Assembly: GCA_043799545.1 (NCBI GenBank)
Contig: JAZDNO010000022.1
Location: forward strand, 1 to 56,134
DNA: 56,134 nt
Reading direction: 5' to 3'
Source of the DNA: Methanobacteriota archaeon
GTDB taxonomy: Archaea; Thermoplasmatota; Thermoplasmata; SG8-5; DAIRED01
In this document: positions 38,560 to 47,143 of the stretch, one piece after another
How positions within the stretch are numbered: position 1 is the first letter of the stretch
Layout of the letters: the number at the start of each line of letters is the position of its first letter
Program-made: the position numbers and the translations under genes
The notes under the pieces: generated by a model
What the model saw: the letters and a program-made list of their open reading frames with translations, nothing else
What the model was told of the DNA's origin: nothing
Database searches by the model: none

Positions 38560-38694
38560 TTATCCGCCCATCTTCTTGGCCATCTCGTCCGCCCATGCCT
38601 TGACATCTTCGGGAGGCGTGGGCTGCAGCTGGTCGCCATATCGTCCATTGCACACCGCACCGCCCACGAAGGTGGCCTTCGGCCGGCTGCGCAT
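38560..38694 (-). pseudogene. Possible 3' remnant of a flavodoxin-like gene (44 aa)
   Basis: MRSRPKATFVGGAVCNGRYGDQLQPTPPEDVKAWADEMAKKMGG*; host-like codons, an in-frame TAA four codons upstream, and a flavodoxin-like final helix (VKAWADE). Confidence 0.3.
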
Positions 38695-38759
38695 CACCCT
38701 GTTGACTTAATTCTCCAGCGCCAAGGGCCTCTCCGCAGGATCACTCTGGAATGGATGTT

Positions 38760-40775
38760 TTACAGCATATAGGCATCCTTCTCGTAGCTTTCTAGCCTTC
38801 TCGTCATAATCACGAAGGCGTTGCTTTCTCCGCCCGGCATGTCGGCGACGTTGACCCCGATGGGATAATCGAAGGCGAGCGACAGCAGTCCCGCGACGAA
38901 CCCAGACCAGTAATTTCGACCCGTCGGAGGGTTTCGCAGCGCGATGACTGCACTACGGGCATCGACGTCAATCTCGCGAATCTCCGCCATGGGTGCGTTC
39001 CAACCGTAGAGATCGAAGCACCTTTCCAAGAATCCCCGCGCGGTGCCAGCGTACTCGGCTCTCAATCCGCTGAAATCCCGTATGGCGGCCTTCCAACCGC
39101 TGTCGTACAGAATACCCGAAGTGCGCTCCGGCCCTATCTCGTCCATGAGCGATTCCGCCACCTCGTTCACATGCCGGATTTGGATCTCCAGCTGCCTGCC
39201 TGCCATCTTTCGCTCCGATGTCTCGCGCTTCAGCGACGATGTCATGTGATTGAACGAGCGGGCCAGGTCGGCAAGCTCGTCCTCTCCATCAGCGGACACG
39301 GCGACATCGAGGTCGCCGTCCTTGACCAATTTCGTCGCGCGTGTCATCTCCGTCACGGGGCGGGATATGCTCCTCGTGAACGAGAACGCGACGGCTACCC
39401 CCACTAGTACGAATGCCACCAGGGACATCGCAAGCCATGCCAGCAAGTTGTCGGCTTCGCGGGAAATCGCCCCGGAAACGTCCTGTGACAGCTGCATCAC
39501 CTCGGACTCCGGGACTTCGACGGCGAGGCTCCAGCCGGTTTCGTTGATGGGGCAATATGCGACGTAGGTCGTCGTATTATCCAGGTCAATCCGTCCCACT
39601 CCCCGCGAACCAGTCATCATCGACCGCACTGTCTCATTCATGTCCGAATCGCCGGCCGAGATATGCTTCCCGAGCATTCCGCTGTCAGGGTGGGCGATAA
39701 TGTTTCCCTGCTCGTCTACGACGAATGCGAAACCGGTCTGCTTGACTGTCAGATTCTCGATGCGCATCGAAAGCGTCGTGAGGTCTATCCAGATGTGCAC
39801 CGCTCCCACCATCTTGTTCGTTTGCGATATGGGCTCGAGCGGCGACGGGCATACGGGAACGGAGCATGTCATTCTCAAGCTCAGCTCAGTTCCGTTTATG
39901 ACCCCCTCCCTGGACCATTGCGGCCCGAAACCGCTGGACCGGATGTCCCGGCTCTTGGGACAGTAATAGGTGTTGTGGAACGGGGACGTCGTCAAGTATG
40001 GTATCTTCGAATATAGGACCGTGGTCGAGAGAGTGGAATTCCCCCAGTAATCCAATCGCGCTTTGTCGTAGTATCGATGATTGTCGCTCATGCGCCTTAC
40101 GCTCTCCGAAGCGAGGTAAAGGGTACCCAGGGATTTCTTTGCATCGTCGGTCAAAATACCGTAGGCGAACTCGTGCAGCAGGAACTGGCCGCATGCGCCG
40201 GTCTTGCTCTTCAGCTTGACCAGTTGATGAACGCCCATCAGCTGGCTCCAAATAGTGACGTTCATCTTCGCAGCCATCGGGTCGGTGGCGGGAAGGGTCG
40301 AATAGGTGCCGTTCGATATCGCACTCAAGGCCAGATTCAGGTTTGTCCGGTTTCGGGTGTCGCATATCGCCTGTAGAGCGTCGTAGAGCGGGTCGTTTAC
40401 CGAGCCGTTCAGGATTCCCAAAATCTTGCTCCGGTTAGCTGAGTTTTTCCAATCCGAGTAACCGAAGTTGGCGTACAGACCGCCATCGAACGTGGCGTTG
40501 CCGTACACGTTGGTCTCGAATGCGCGATACGCGTCCGCTGCCAGACCCGCCGCGTCTTCAACAGCCTCGACGCAGAAGGAGTCGAATTTCTGAGCTTCGT
40601 ATTCCACTATGCCAGTCAGTTCAGCCTCGGACACCCGAGCCAGCTCAGTTCTGGTCATCGTGCCTGTCGATTGCTTCGCTTCTTGCATGGTGGCGATTCC
40701 AAGATACCCAACGCAACCGGACGATATCAATACGAGGGTTATGAATCCAACAAGCAACTTTTGGCTCAGCTTCAT
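38760..40775 (-). CDS. Membrane sensor: TM, large extracellular Cache region, TM, HAMP, V4R-like domain
   Basis: MKLSQKLLVGF TM; GFAFVVDEQGNIIAHPD...YCPINETGWSLAV (dCache); TRSISRPVTEMT..DELADLARSFNHMT (HAMP); ILYDSGWKAA..YWSGFVAGLLSLAF (V4R-like). Confidence 0.85.
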   Translation of the reverse strand: MKLSQKLLVGFITLVLISSGCVGYLGIATMQEAKQSTGTMTRTELARVSEAELTGIVEYEAQKFDSFCVEAVEDAAGLAADAYRAFETNVYGNATFDGGLYANFGYSDWKNSANRSKILGILNGSVNDPLYDALQAICDTRNRTNLNLALSAISNGTYSTLPATDPMAAKMNVTIWSQLMGVHQLVKLKSKTGACGQFLLHEFAYGILTDDAKKSLGTLYLASESVRRMSDNHRYYDKARLDYWGNSTLSTTVLYSKIPYLTTSPFHNTYYCPKSRDIRSSGFGPQWSREGVINGTELSLRMTCSVPVCPSPLEPISQTNKMVGAVHIWIDLTTLSMRIENLTVKQTGFAFVVDEQGNIIAHPDSGMLGKHISAGDSDMNETVRSMMTGSRGVGRIDLDNTTTYVAYCPINETGWSLAVEVPESEVMQLSQDVSGAISREADNLLAWLAMSLVAFVLVGVAVAFSFTRSISRPVTEMTRATKLVKDGDLDVAVSADGEDELADLARSFNHMTSSLKRETSERKMAGRQLEIQIRHVNEVAESLMDEIGPERTSGILYDSGWKAAIRDFSGLRAEYAGTARGFLERCFDLYGWNAPMAEIREIDVDARSAVIALRNPPTGRNYWSGFVAGLLSLAFDYPIGVNVADMPGGESNAFVIMTRRLESYEKDAYML

Positions 40776-41058
40776 TCCAATACCCCGTCTCGCCCCACTC
40801 TGCGTTCGTCGCCCGTCGCTATCCTAGCCATATCGTGAGCTTTTTGTGGCATCTTGCACCATCCATAATTGGATTTCAAGCGTCGATACCGATTGTTTCG
40901 CTATAAACAGTCGTTTCTAGTTATCGTGGATGATATTGGACATGTTGGCCTAGAACAGGATGATGACCCAAGAACGAGCATTACCTGCCGGGCAACGGTC
41001 TATTTATTTGCACCCCCGCGCGGAAAAGTATTCAATACTGCCCGCCCATCCCCGTATC

Positions 41059-41652
41059 GTGCCCGACAGGGTCAAGGTCTCGATGAGCGCGCCGCCGTTC
41101 CCGTGCCCGGTGGTGCTGGTGAGCGCCTGCGCGGACGGCAAGGACAGCATCATCACGCTGGCCTGGGCCGGGATGGTCTCCTCCGAGCCCATGACTGTCG
41201 GAGTGGGCATACGGCCGTCGCGCTTCACCTACGAATTGATAATGAAGAGCGGCGAGTTCGCCGTCAACGTTCCGGAGGCGAGGCTCATCGAGGCCGTGGA
41301 CGCGTGCGGCACGGCATCCGGGCGGGACATGGACAAGTTCGAAAAGTTCGGCCTGACCAGGCTCCAGGCGACATCGATCAGCGCACCAGTGATAGCGGAA
41401 TGCCCGGTGGCGCTCGAATGCAAGCTCAAGGGCACTTTCAACCTTGGGACGCACAATTTATTCCTCGGCGAGGTGGTCGCAATCACCGCCGACAAGGGAT
41501 TCCTTGACGAGAAAGGCCACCTGCACCTCGAAAAGCTGGACCCCCTTGCTTATATCGGCGGCAAGTATCGCACACTCGGAGCGCGCGTCGGCGTCTACGG
41601 GCAGGAAGGCAAGAAGTTGACTTCAAGTAACAATGAGCAGGCACAACAGTAA
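41059..41652 (+). CDS. Flavin reductase-like FMN-binding protein
   Basis: PCPVVLVS, ITLAW, RPSRFTYELIMKSGEFAVNVP, ECPVALEC, GTHNLFLGEV. Start at GTG 41059 or ATG 41083. Confidence 0.9.
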   Translation: MPDRVKVSMSAPPFPCPVVLVSACADGKDSIITLAWAGMVSSEPMTVGVGIRPSRFTYELIMKSGEFAVNVPEARLIEAVDACGTASGRDMDKFEKFGLTRLQATSISAPVIAECPVALECKLKGTFNLGTHNLFLGEVVAITADKGFLDEKGHLHLEKLDPLAYIGGKYRTLGARVGVYGQEGKKLTSSNNEQAQQ

Positions 41653-41693
41653 TATGCGTGTTTAGCTTACTCGGAACGATAAGAGGCGATGCC

Positions 41694-44030
41694 ATGGATT
41701 ACTGCCCCAAATGCGGAACCGCCAGGACCGCGAAGGTTTGCGCCCACTGCGGACACGCATTCGTCGATGCCGGAACATACCAGCCGCAGCAGACGTACGG
41801 AGGCGCGGCTCCAGCCGGCTATCCCACCCAGCAGTATCAGCCCGCCCCCTATCAATCCCAGCAGCCGCCTTACCCGCCTTCCCAACCGCAGGAGCCCGCG
41901 TATCAACCTTACCAGGCGCCTCCGGCATACCAGTATCCGCAGCCGCCATCTCCGGGGCAATACCCGCCCCCGCCGGGACAGGGCTATCCGCCGATGCCAC
42001 TGCCGAGCCCCAAAACTGGGTCGGGCAAGACCATACTCGTCGTTTTGGTAGTCGTCATCGTGGTGATAGCCGCAATAGCCGCCGCAATAATGTTCATGGC
42101 CGTGGTCGGCCCGTTCGCAAGTGCAAAGGAGATTCACGACGGCGAGTCTATCACCGGGACGATCGCCGGCTCCGGCTCTGATGACCTGTACAAGATAAAA
42201 CTTCAGCCGGGAGACGTAATATCAGCCAAACTCAGCGGCGACGGCGGAACGGATTTCGATCTGTATGCCTATGAAAACGTCCTGTTCTGGGACGAATACA
42301 TCATAACCGGAAGCGCAAACGAAACCAGCTCCGAGGCCCTGAACGTCGTGGCCTGGAAGAGCGATTTCTACATCCTCGACGTATTCTCGTACGTCGGCGG
42401 AGGGGACTACACGCTGAAGGTGGACATAGTGGACTCGGTTAGCCTGGACGACGGGGACAATTCCATGTCGGAAGCCACCACCATTGACAGCGGCAATCAC
42501 GTGACTGGCGGGCTTAACGAATACTACGACACGGACGATTACTACGAGATTTACGTGAGCTCCGGCCAGATACTGCATGCGCACCTTGAGGTTCCAGTCC
42601 AGGTGAACACGGACTTTGACCTGTACATTTACGACTCTTCCGGAAAGCAGGTTGGAGTTTCCGATGCGGCATACGGTAACGAGGAGTTGAGCATCTACGC
42701 GTCTTCGTCGGGGCAATATTTCGTGAACGCTTGCGCTTACGACGGCATAGGCTCTTACACGCTGTCCGTCGACATGCAGACTGGCACAGATGCGGATTCG
42801 AACAACGATCTGAGCACGGCCCAGGGCATCGTGGACGGCGGGGAAATCAGCTCTGCCATCAACGAGTACAACGACGTCGACGATTACTACGTCATCTATG
42901 TGGCGGCCGGACAGCAAATCACCGCCACCATGACCGGCTCTGCCAACGCAGATTTTGACCTGTACCTGTACGACGACAGCGGGGACATCGTCGCGAGTTC
43001 GAAGGAATACACGTCCTCCGAGACCATCGTCTACACAGCACCGACCAGCGGCGATTACTATGTGAACCCCAGCGCGTACGATGGCTTCGGAACGTATGCG
43101 CTCATCGTCAGCCTGGGCGCCGGGGGCTCGTCCCTCAATGCCAACGCCGGTTACGACAGGACGGTCGGAGTCGGCCAGGCTGTGACGTTCGACGGGGGCG
43201 GCTCCACCGGGTCAATATCCGATTACAGCTGGGACTTCGACGACGGCTCGATTGGCACTGGCTCCAGCGTCACCCATTCCTACAACTCGACCGGAACCTA
43301 CACCGTGACTTTGACAGTCACCGGCGGTTCGGGAACGGACGCGGATACCGTCTCAATCACGGTCCGGGACGCAGGGTCGATGCCAAACAAGTACGCCGTG
43401 GTCGTGGGAATATCGGACTATCAGAGCGACGGGAACGACCTCCAATTCTGCGACGAGGACGCCGAAAGCTGGGCATCCTACCTTGAGTCGCAGGGGTACA
43501 CCGTCCATATCCTGATTGATTCGCAAGCATCGAGGGACGACATTCTGGATGAGATAAGCTGGCTCGAAGGCCAGGAGGAGACGGGGGACTATGTCGCCTT
43601 CGTTTACTCGGGCCACGGGAGCACCTCGGACCGCACCAGGTCGTCGTACATCTGCCCTTGGAACGACGAGGAGCAGGGGTTCATGATATCCGACGCGGAA
43701 CTGGGAGCCGCATTCGAGAATTTCGACAGCCAGCATATCTTCGTCTTCTTCGATTCCTGCTTCAGCGGTGGGATGGACAGCGTCGCAGGCGCAGGAAGGT
43801 ACATCAGCCAGACCGCCGGAGCCGACGAGGTCGGCCTGGACGCCTCGAAGTTCGAGCACGGGATGTGGACGTACTGGTTCCTGGAATATTCCGTGAAGGA
43901 AAGCGGCTACGCCGACCTCACCCAGGCGTACGACGTGGCCGCTCCGAGAGCCGTGGCCGAAGCCGCGGAGGGCGGCACATCCATGCACCCCGAGGAGGAG
44001 TGGGAGGGGAGCGGGGCGTTCTATCTGTAG
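41694..44030 (+). CDS. Type II membrane protein: Zn ribbon, Pro/Gln/Tyr-rich linker, TM, 3 PPC-like domains, PKD, caspase-family (C14) protease
   Basis: CPKC..CAHC; one TM; DFDLY repeats; PKD WDFDDG; KYAVVVGISDY, YSGHG (His 43614-43616), FDSCFSGG (Cys 43758-43760). Confidence 0.9.
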   Translation: MDYCPKCGTARTAKVCAHCGHAFVDAGTYQPQQTYGGAAPAGYPTQQYQPAPYQSQQPPYPPSQPQEPAYQPYQAPPAYQYPQPPSPGQYPPPPGQGYPPMPLPSPKTGSGKTILVVLVVVIVVIAAIAAAIMFMAVVGPFASAKEIHDGESITGTIAGSGSDDLYKIKLQPGDVISAKLSGDGGTDFDLYAYENVLFWDEYIITGSANETSSEALNVVAWKSDFYILDVFSYVGGGDYTLKVDIVDSVSLDDGDNSMSEATTIDSGNHVTGGLNEYYDTDDYYEIYVSSGQILHAHLEVPVQVNTDFDLYIYDSSGKQVGVSDAAYGNEELSIYASSSGQYFVNACAYDGIGSYTLSVDMQTGTDADSNNDLSTAQGIVDGGEISSAINEYNDVDDYYVIYVAAGQQITATMTGSANADFDLYLYDDSGDIVASSKEYTSSETIVYTAPTSGDYYVNPSAYDGFGTYALIVSLGAGGSSLNANAGYDRTVGVGQAVTFDGGGSTGSISDYSWDFDDGSIGTGSSVTHSYNSTGTYTVTLTVTGGSGTDADTVSITVRDAGSMPNKYAVVVGISDYQSDGNDLQFCDEDAESWASYLESQGYTVHILIDSQASRDDILDEISWLEGQEETGDYVAFVYSGHGSTSDRTRSSYICPWNDEEQGFMISDAELGAAFENFDSQHIFVFFDSCFSGGMDSVAGAGRYISQTAGADEVGLDASKFEHGMWTYWFLEYSVKESGYADLTQAYDVAAPRAVAEAAEGGTSMHPEEEWEGSGAFYL

Positions 44031-44053
44031 TCCGGCGTAGTGCTGGTTGCCCG

Positions 44054-44587
44054 TCACTCCTTCAGCGCGCCCTCCATGACTAGCAGCTCGCGCTTTCGCC
44101 TCTTGCCGGACTCAGAGGGGCCGCCATAGCCAGTCATCGAACCGTCCTTGCCTACAACCCTATGGCACGGCACGATAATCGGTATTGGATTGTTGTGGAT
44201 GGCTTGACCAGCCGCCCTGCAACCTCTCGGGCTGTCCGCGTGCTCGGCCATCCAGCCGTACGTGCGCGTCTTTCCATAGGGGATTTTCAGCATCAGCTTC
44301 CAAATCCGCTTCTGGAAATCGGTGCCGACCACGAAATCGATTGACAGGTCGAACTCCTTGCGCTTCCCCGCGTGGTACTCGTCGAGCTGGCGCCTGACCT
44401 TCTCGAATCGGTCGGGGTCCTCGACGAGGACGCAATCGTAATTTTTCTCGACCCGCCTCCGCAGCTCCGGGCTGTCGGGCCAGTGGAGCTTGCATATGCC
44501 CTTCTCTGTCGCAGCGACGAAGGTCTTCCCCTCGCCGGATGGAATTACCGCAAACCAGATTGTCCGTTTCTTTGCAGATTTGATCAA
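44054..44587 (-). CDS. ogt: Methylated-DNA--protein-cysteine methyltransferase
   Basis: GTDFQKRIW..IPYGKTRTYG..RAAG..NPIPIIVPCHRVV. TTG start preceded by GAGGGG. Confidence 0.95.
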   Translation of the reverse strand: MIKSAKKRTIWFAVIPSGEGKTFVAATEKGICKLHWPDSPELRRRVEKNYDCVLVEDPDRFEKVRRQLDEYHAGKRKEFDLSIDFVVGTDFQKRIWKLMLKIPYGKTRTYGWMAEHADSPRGCRAAGQAIHNNPIPIIVPCHRVVGKDGSMTGYGGPSESGKRRKRELLVMEGALKE

Positions 44588-44632
44588 AACTATCCCCTCG
44601 CTCGCGCCGAGGCATGAGTCTGTGCGCTTTTA

Positions 44633-45343
44633 TCATTTGCGCCGGGGTGGCCGAAAGTGGCTCTCTCCCAAAGGCGTGGAACGCCAAACGGTTCGATGGG
44701 TCGCGGTGAACTCGTCCAGCTCTTTGTGCCATTCGTCAGGCTCGAAGGTTTTCTTTATGGTATCCTCTCCGAACAGAAGGTCCACCAGGTAGCGCGGTTT
44801 CTTCCCGCCTATGAAGACAGATTTCGCGCACGATACACAATAGACCACCACATCTTCGACAGGCATCTCCGACGCCCTCTTCCGCATTATTTCTTTGACC
44901 GCTTCCACAGGGATTTTCCCCCATCCGCTGTCGCCGCAGCACGTGCTTTTCAAACCCGAATTCTTGGGTTCGACCAGCACGATGTTCATCCTCCCCAGCA
45001 GTGTTCTCACTGCCCGGTGCACCCTGACTTCCGTCCGCGTCGGGCAGGCGTCGATTATCGACACCGTATTTCCACCATAGTCAGGAAAGTCGAAAGAATC
45101 GCTTGCCGACAAAACCTCCCACAGCGAAATCGTGGACGAGCCTTCACGCTCACGGTACCGCTTATCGCATCCAGGACACACGTTTATGACCTGGGCCCCG
45201 GGCTCGATCTCGGGCTCGTTCATGCAGCACAGGTCCAGCATCTCCATATCGCCCAGGTTTTTACATAAAAGCTCATGCACCTTCTTCGCCAGCGCGGGCT
45301 TATAGATGAGGAGGGCGCAGCCGGGAGCGAAGAGGCGTTTCAT
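44633..45343 (-). CDS. Cys-rich (CCG-like) Fe-S-binding protein
   Basis: FAPGCA, CC, CPGC, DACP, TCCG, YCVSC pattern. Confidence 0.8.
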   Translation of the reverse strand: MKRLFAPGCALLIYKPALAKKVHELLCKNLGDMEMLDLCCMNEPEIEPGAQVINVCPGCDKRYREREGSSTISLWEVLSASDSFDFPDYGGNTVSIIDACPTRTEVRVHRAVRTLLGRMNIVLVEPKNSGLKSTCCGDSGWGKIPVEAVKEIMRKRASEMPVEDVVVYCVSCAKSVFIGGKKPRYLVDLLFGEDTIKKTFEPDEWHKELDEFTATHRTVWRSTPLGESHFRPPRRK

Positions 45344-45386
45344 ATGTCAATGCGAAGCGAATCGAAGGTATAAAAATTACCGCTTA

Positions 45387-45410
45387 TTCCACCGGTGGAA
45401 ACCTTAATAT
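45387..45410 (+). promoter_or_regulatory. BRE/TATA-like promoter with an overlapping perfect 14-bp palindrome
   Basis: TTCCACCGGTGGAA (45387-45400) overlaps AAACCTTAATAT (45399-45410), about 37 nt upstream of the tRNA 5' fragment. Confidence 0.55.
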
Positions 45411-45446
45411 CATAATCCAGTTTTACCCTTTCTAGCGGTATGCAAT

Positions 45447-45467
45447 GCCACTGTAGCTCAGCTGGTG
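45447..45467 (+). repeat. Duplicated 5' end of tRNA-Thr (21 nt)
   Basis: GCCACTGTAGCTCAGCTGGTG is identical to 45574-45594. Confidence 0.9.
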
Positions 45468-45573
45468 CATTAGACGAGTTGCGCTCGTCTATGCCTCGCT
45501 GAACCACAACGCATTTGTCCTGGTTCAGCTTCGGGAGTATGCTCGAATAAAATCCATTCATAAGCAACAAAAC

Positions 45574-45646
45574 GCCACTGTAGCTCAGCTGGTGGAGCAG
45601 CTGATTCGTAATCAGCAGGTCGAGGGTTCAAATCCCTTCAGTGGCT
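45574..45646 (+). tRNA. tRNA-Thr (anticodon CGU), no intron, CCA not encoded
   Basis: Acceptor GCCACTG/CAGTGGC, anticodon stem GCTGA/TCAGC with loop TTCGTAA, T-loop GTTCAAATC, discriminator U. Confidence 0.97.
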
Positions 45647-45756
45647 CTATAAATTTTCTATTACTTTCATCAATATGGGATTTGAACTAAGACCACCAGA
45701 GGGGACCGATTGTGCTGCTAACCCACTGGTCGTCGGTTCAAATCCCTTCAGTGGCT
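45639..45756 (+). repeat. tRNA-derived module, copy 1
   Basis: CAGTGGCT, 30 nt, GGGATTTGAACTAAGACCACCA (45677-45698), loop, then GGTTCAAATCCCTTCAGTGGCT (45735-45756, identical to the tRNA 3' 22 nt). Hairpin spans 45677-45746. Confidence 0.9.
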
Positions 45757-45798
45757 TAATATTTTTAGCTCTAAATAGCCCATGCCGCAGGAGCATTC

Positions 45799-45915
45799 CA
45801 GTGGCTCTATTTATTATTATAATCTAGCTATGAATCGGGAATTGAACTTGGACCAACGCATGGGACGTAATTTGCTTTTTTCCAAGTGTTGGTCGGTTCA
45901 ATCCCCCCAGTGGCT
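45799..45915 (+). repeat. tRNA-derived module, copy 2 (diverged, pairing retained)
   Basis: CAGTGGCT (45799-45806), 30 nt, GGGAATTGAACTTGGACCAACGC, loop, GTGTTGGTCGGTTCAATCCCCCCAGTGGCT. Hairpin spans 45837-45906. Confidence 0.85.
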
Positions 45916-45932
45916 TACGCATCCCCTTAGTG

Positions 45933-47003
45933 TTATTCTTCGTGTTCGTGCCTGTGGTGGGTGTCCGGCGCGTGCGGGTGGGCGTGCTCGACCGCTTCGT
46001 GCTCGTGGGGATGAGAGTGCGCACCTTCCACGGGTTTCTCGTGTGCGTGGTCGTGATGTTCGTCGTCGTGGACGTGCCTGTGCTCGTGCGTCTCCGATGT
46101 GTGGACGTGTGGGTGCGCGTGCGCCTCCCTGAAAAGGAGGACCGCTCCGACGACCATCAGTGGGACGGACACCATGAAGCCCACGGTCAGTGAATCGTGG
46201 AAGATTGCCAGGCCAATCGCCGCACCCACAAACGGAGCTGTGCCGAAGAGCGCCCCGGTCCGCGCGGCACCCATGTCCCGCAACGCCCGGATGTATAGCG
46301 CGATGCTCAGCCCGTAGCAGACGAATCCCACGAGCATCGCGGCGAACGCTGTCGTCATCGCGGGGAAATCCCTGCCTATGATAAAGGCCAGGGCGATGCT
46401 GAACAGCCCGGCGCCCACCCCCTTGATTGCGACGATGGATATTGGGTCCCTCGCGGAGACGTTGCGCGTGAAGTTATTGTCCAGCCCCCATAGTAAGCAT
46501 GCCGCGAGGATTGCTAAAATCCCAGGCGAAATACCCCATCCGCTCGCTGCGTTAACCGACAAGACGACGCTGCCAGCAGTCACGAGGAAGAGTGCCAGCC
46601 AGATCCCCCGCCCAACAGCTTCTTTGAACATCAGCCTCGCGACTATGACCGTCCCGACGGCTTCGAAATTCAAAAGCAACGCCGCCGTCGAAGCAGGTGT
46701 GGTCCCGAGCCCGAACATGAGGATTATTGGTGCCGCTATGCCGCCCACGACCAGCGCGGACATAAGCCAAGGCAAATCCGCCTTTCTCAACGGCGCCTCG
46801 GAGCTGGCCCTCCCCATGGCCGTCTGGGTCGCCTTCGCAAGCGCCATCCCGAGCCCGCTGCCCAGATAAAGTAGCCCCGCGAGCATCACCGGGTCTACTG
46901 TGTCCAGCATGACCTTCGCCAGTGGAGCGCTCGCGCCGAACAGCACCGCCGCTCCCAACCCCATCAGAATCGCTAAATTCCGTTGATGCGTATTCCACGT
47001 CAT
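45933..47003 (-). CDS. DMT/EamA transporter with a His-rich C-terminal tail
   Basis: About 10 TM helices (ASTAALLLNFE, WGLDNN, GAARTGALF); tail HAHPHVH...HHRHEHEE. Confidence 0.92.
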   Translation of the reverse strand: MTWNTHQRNLAILMGLGAAVLFGASAPLAKVMLDTVDPVMLAGLLYLGSGLGMALAKATQTAMGRASSEAPLRKADLPWLMSALVVGGIAAPIILMFGLGTTPASTAALLLNFEAVGTVIVARLMFKEAVGRGIWLALFLVTAGSVVLSVNAASGWGISPGILAILAACLLWGLDNNFTRNVSARDPISIVAIKGVGAGLFSIALAFIIGRDFPAMTTAFAAMLVGFVCYGLSIALYIRALRDMGAARTGALFGTAPFVGAAIGLAIFHDSLTVGFMVSVPLMVVGAVLLFREAHAHPHVHTSETHEHRHVHDDEHHDHAHEKPVEGAHSHPHEHEAVEHAHPHAPDTHHRHEHEE

Positions 47004-47143
47004 CTATAACAACAATACATTTAGTTTATAAATATTACCTTTTCAAGAACTTGTCCTTTTCTCAGTGCTATTTCTTCTTGAGCAGCCAACGGCAGCCCTA
47101 ATCGCCTTAAATTTATAATAAGTCCCCATCACATAGCAGGCGG

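Noticed and set aside
41800-42010. Pro/Gln/Tyr-rich low-complexity stretch as a DNA tandem repeat
   Set aside because: It is a protein-level disordered linker with degenerate codons, not an exact nucleotide repeat.
45340-45570. 76-aa minus-strand ORF upstream of the tRNA
   Set aside because: It starts 3 nt from the tRNA with no room for a promoter, runs through the antisense tRNA fragment and promoter elements, and has no recognisable motif.
45727-45915. Additional or split tRNA genes
   Set aside because: Only the T-arm and acceptor 3' strand are present; there is no anticodon arm and no complementary leader or trailer for trans-splicing.
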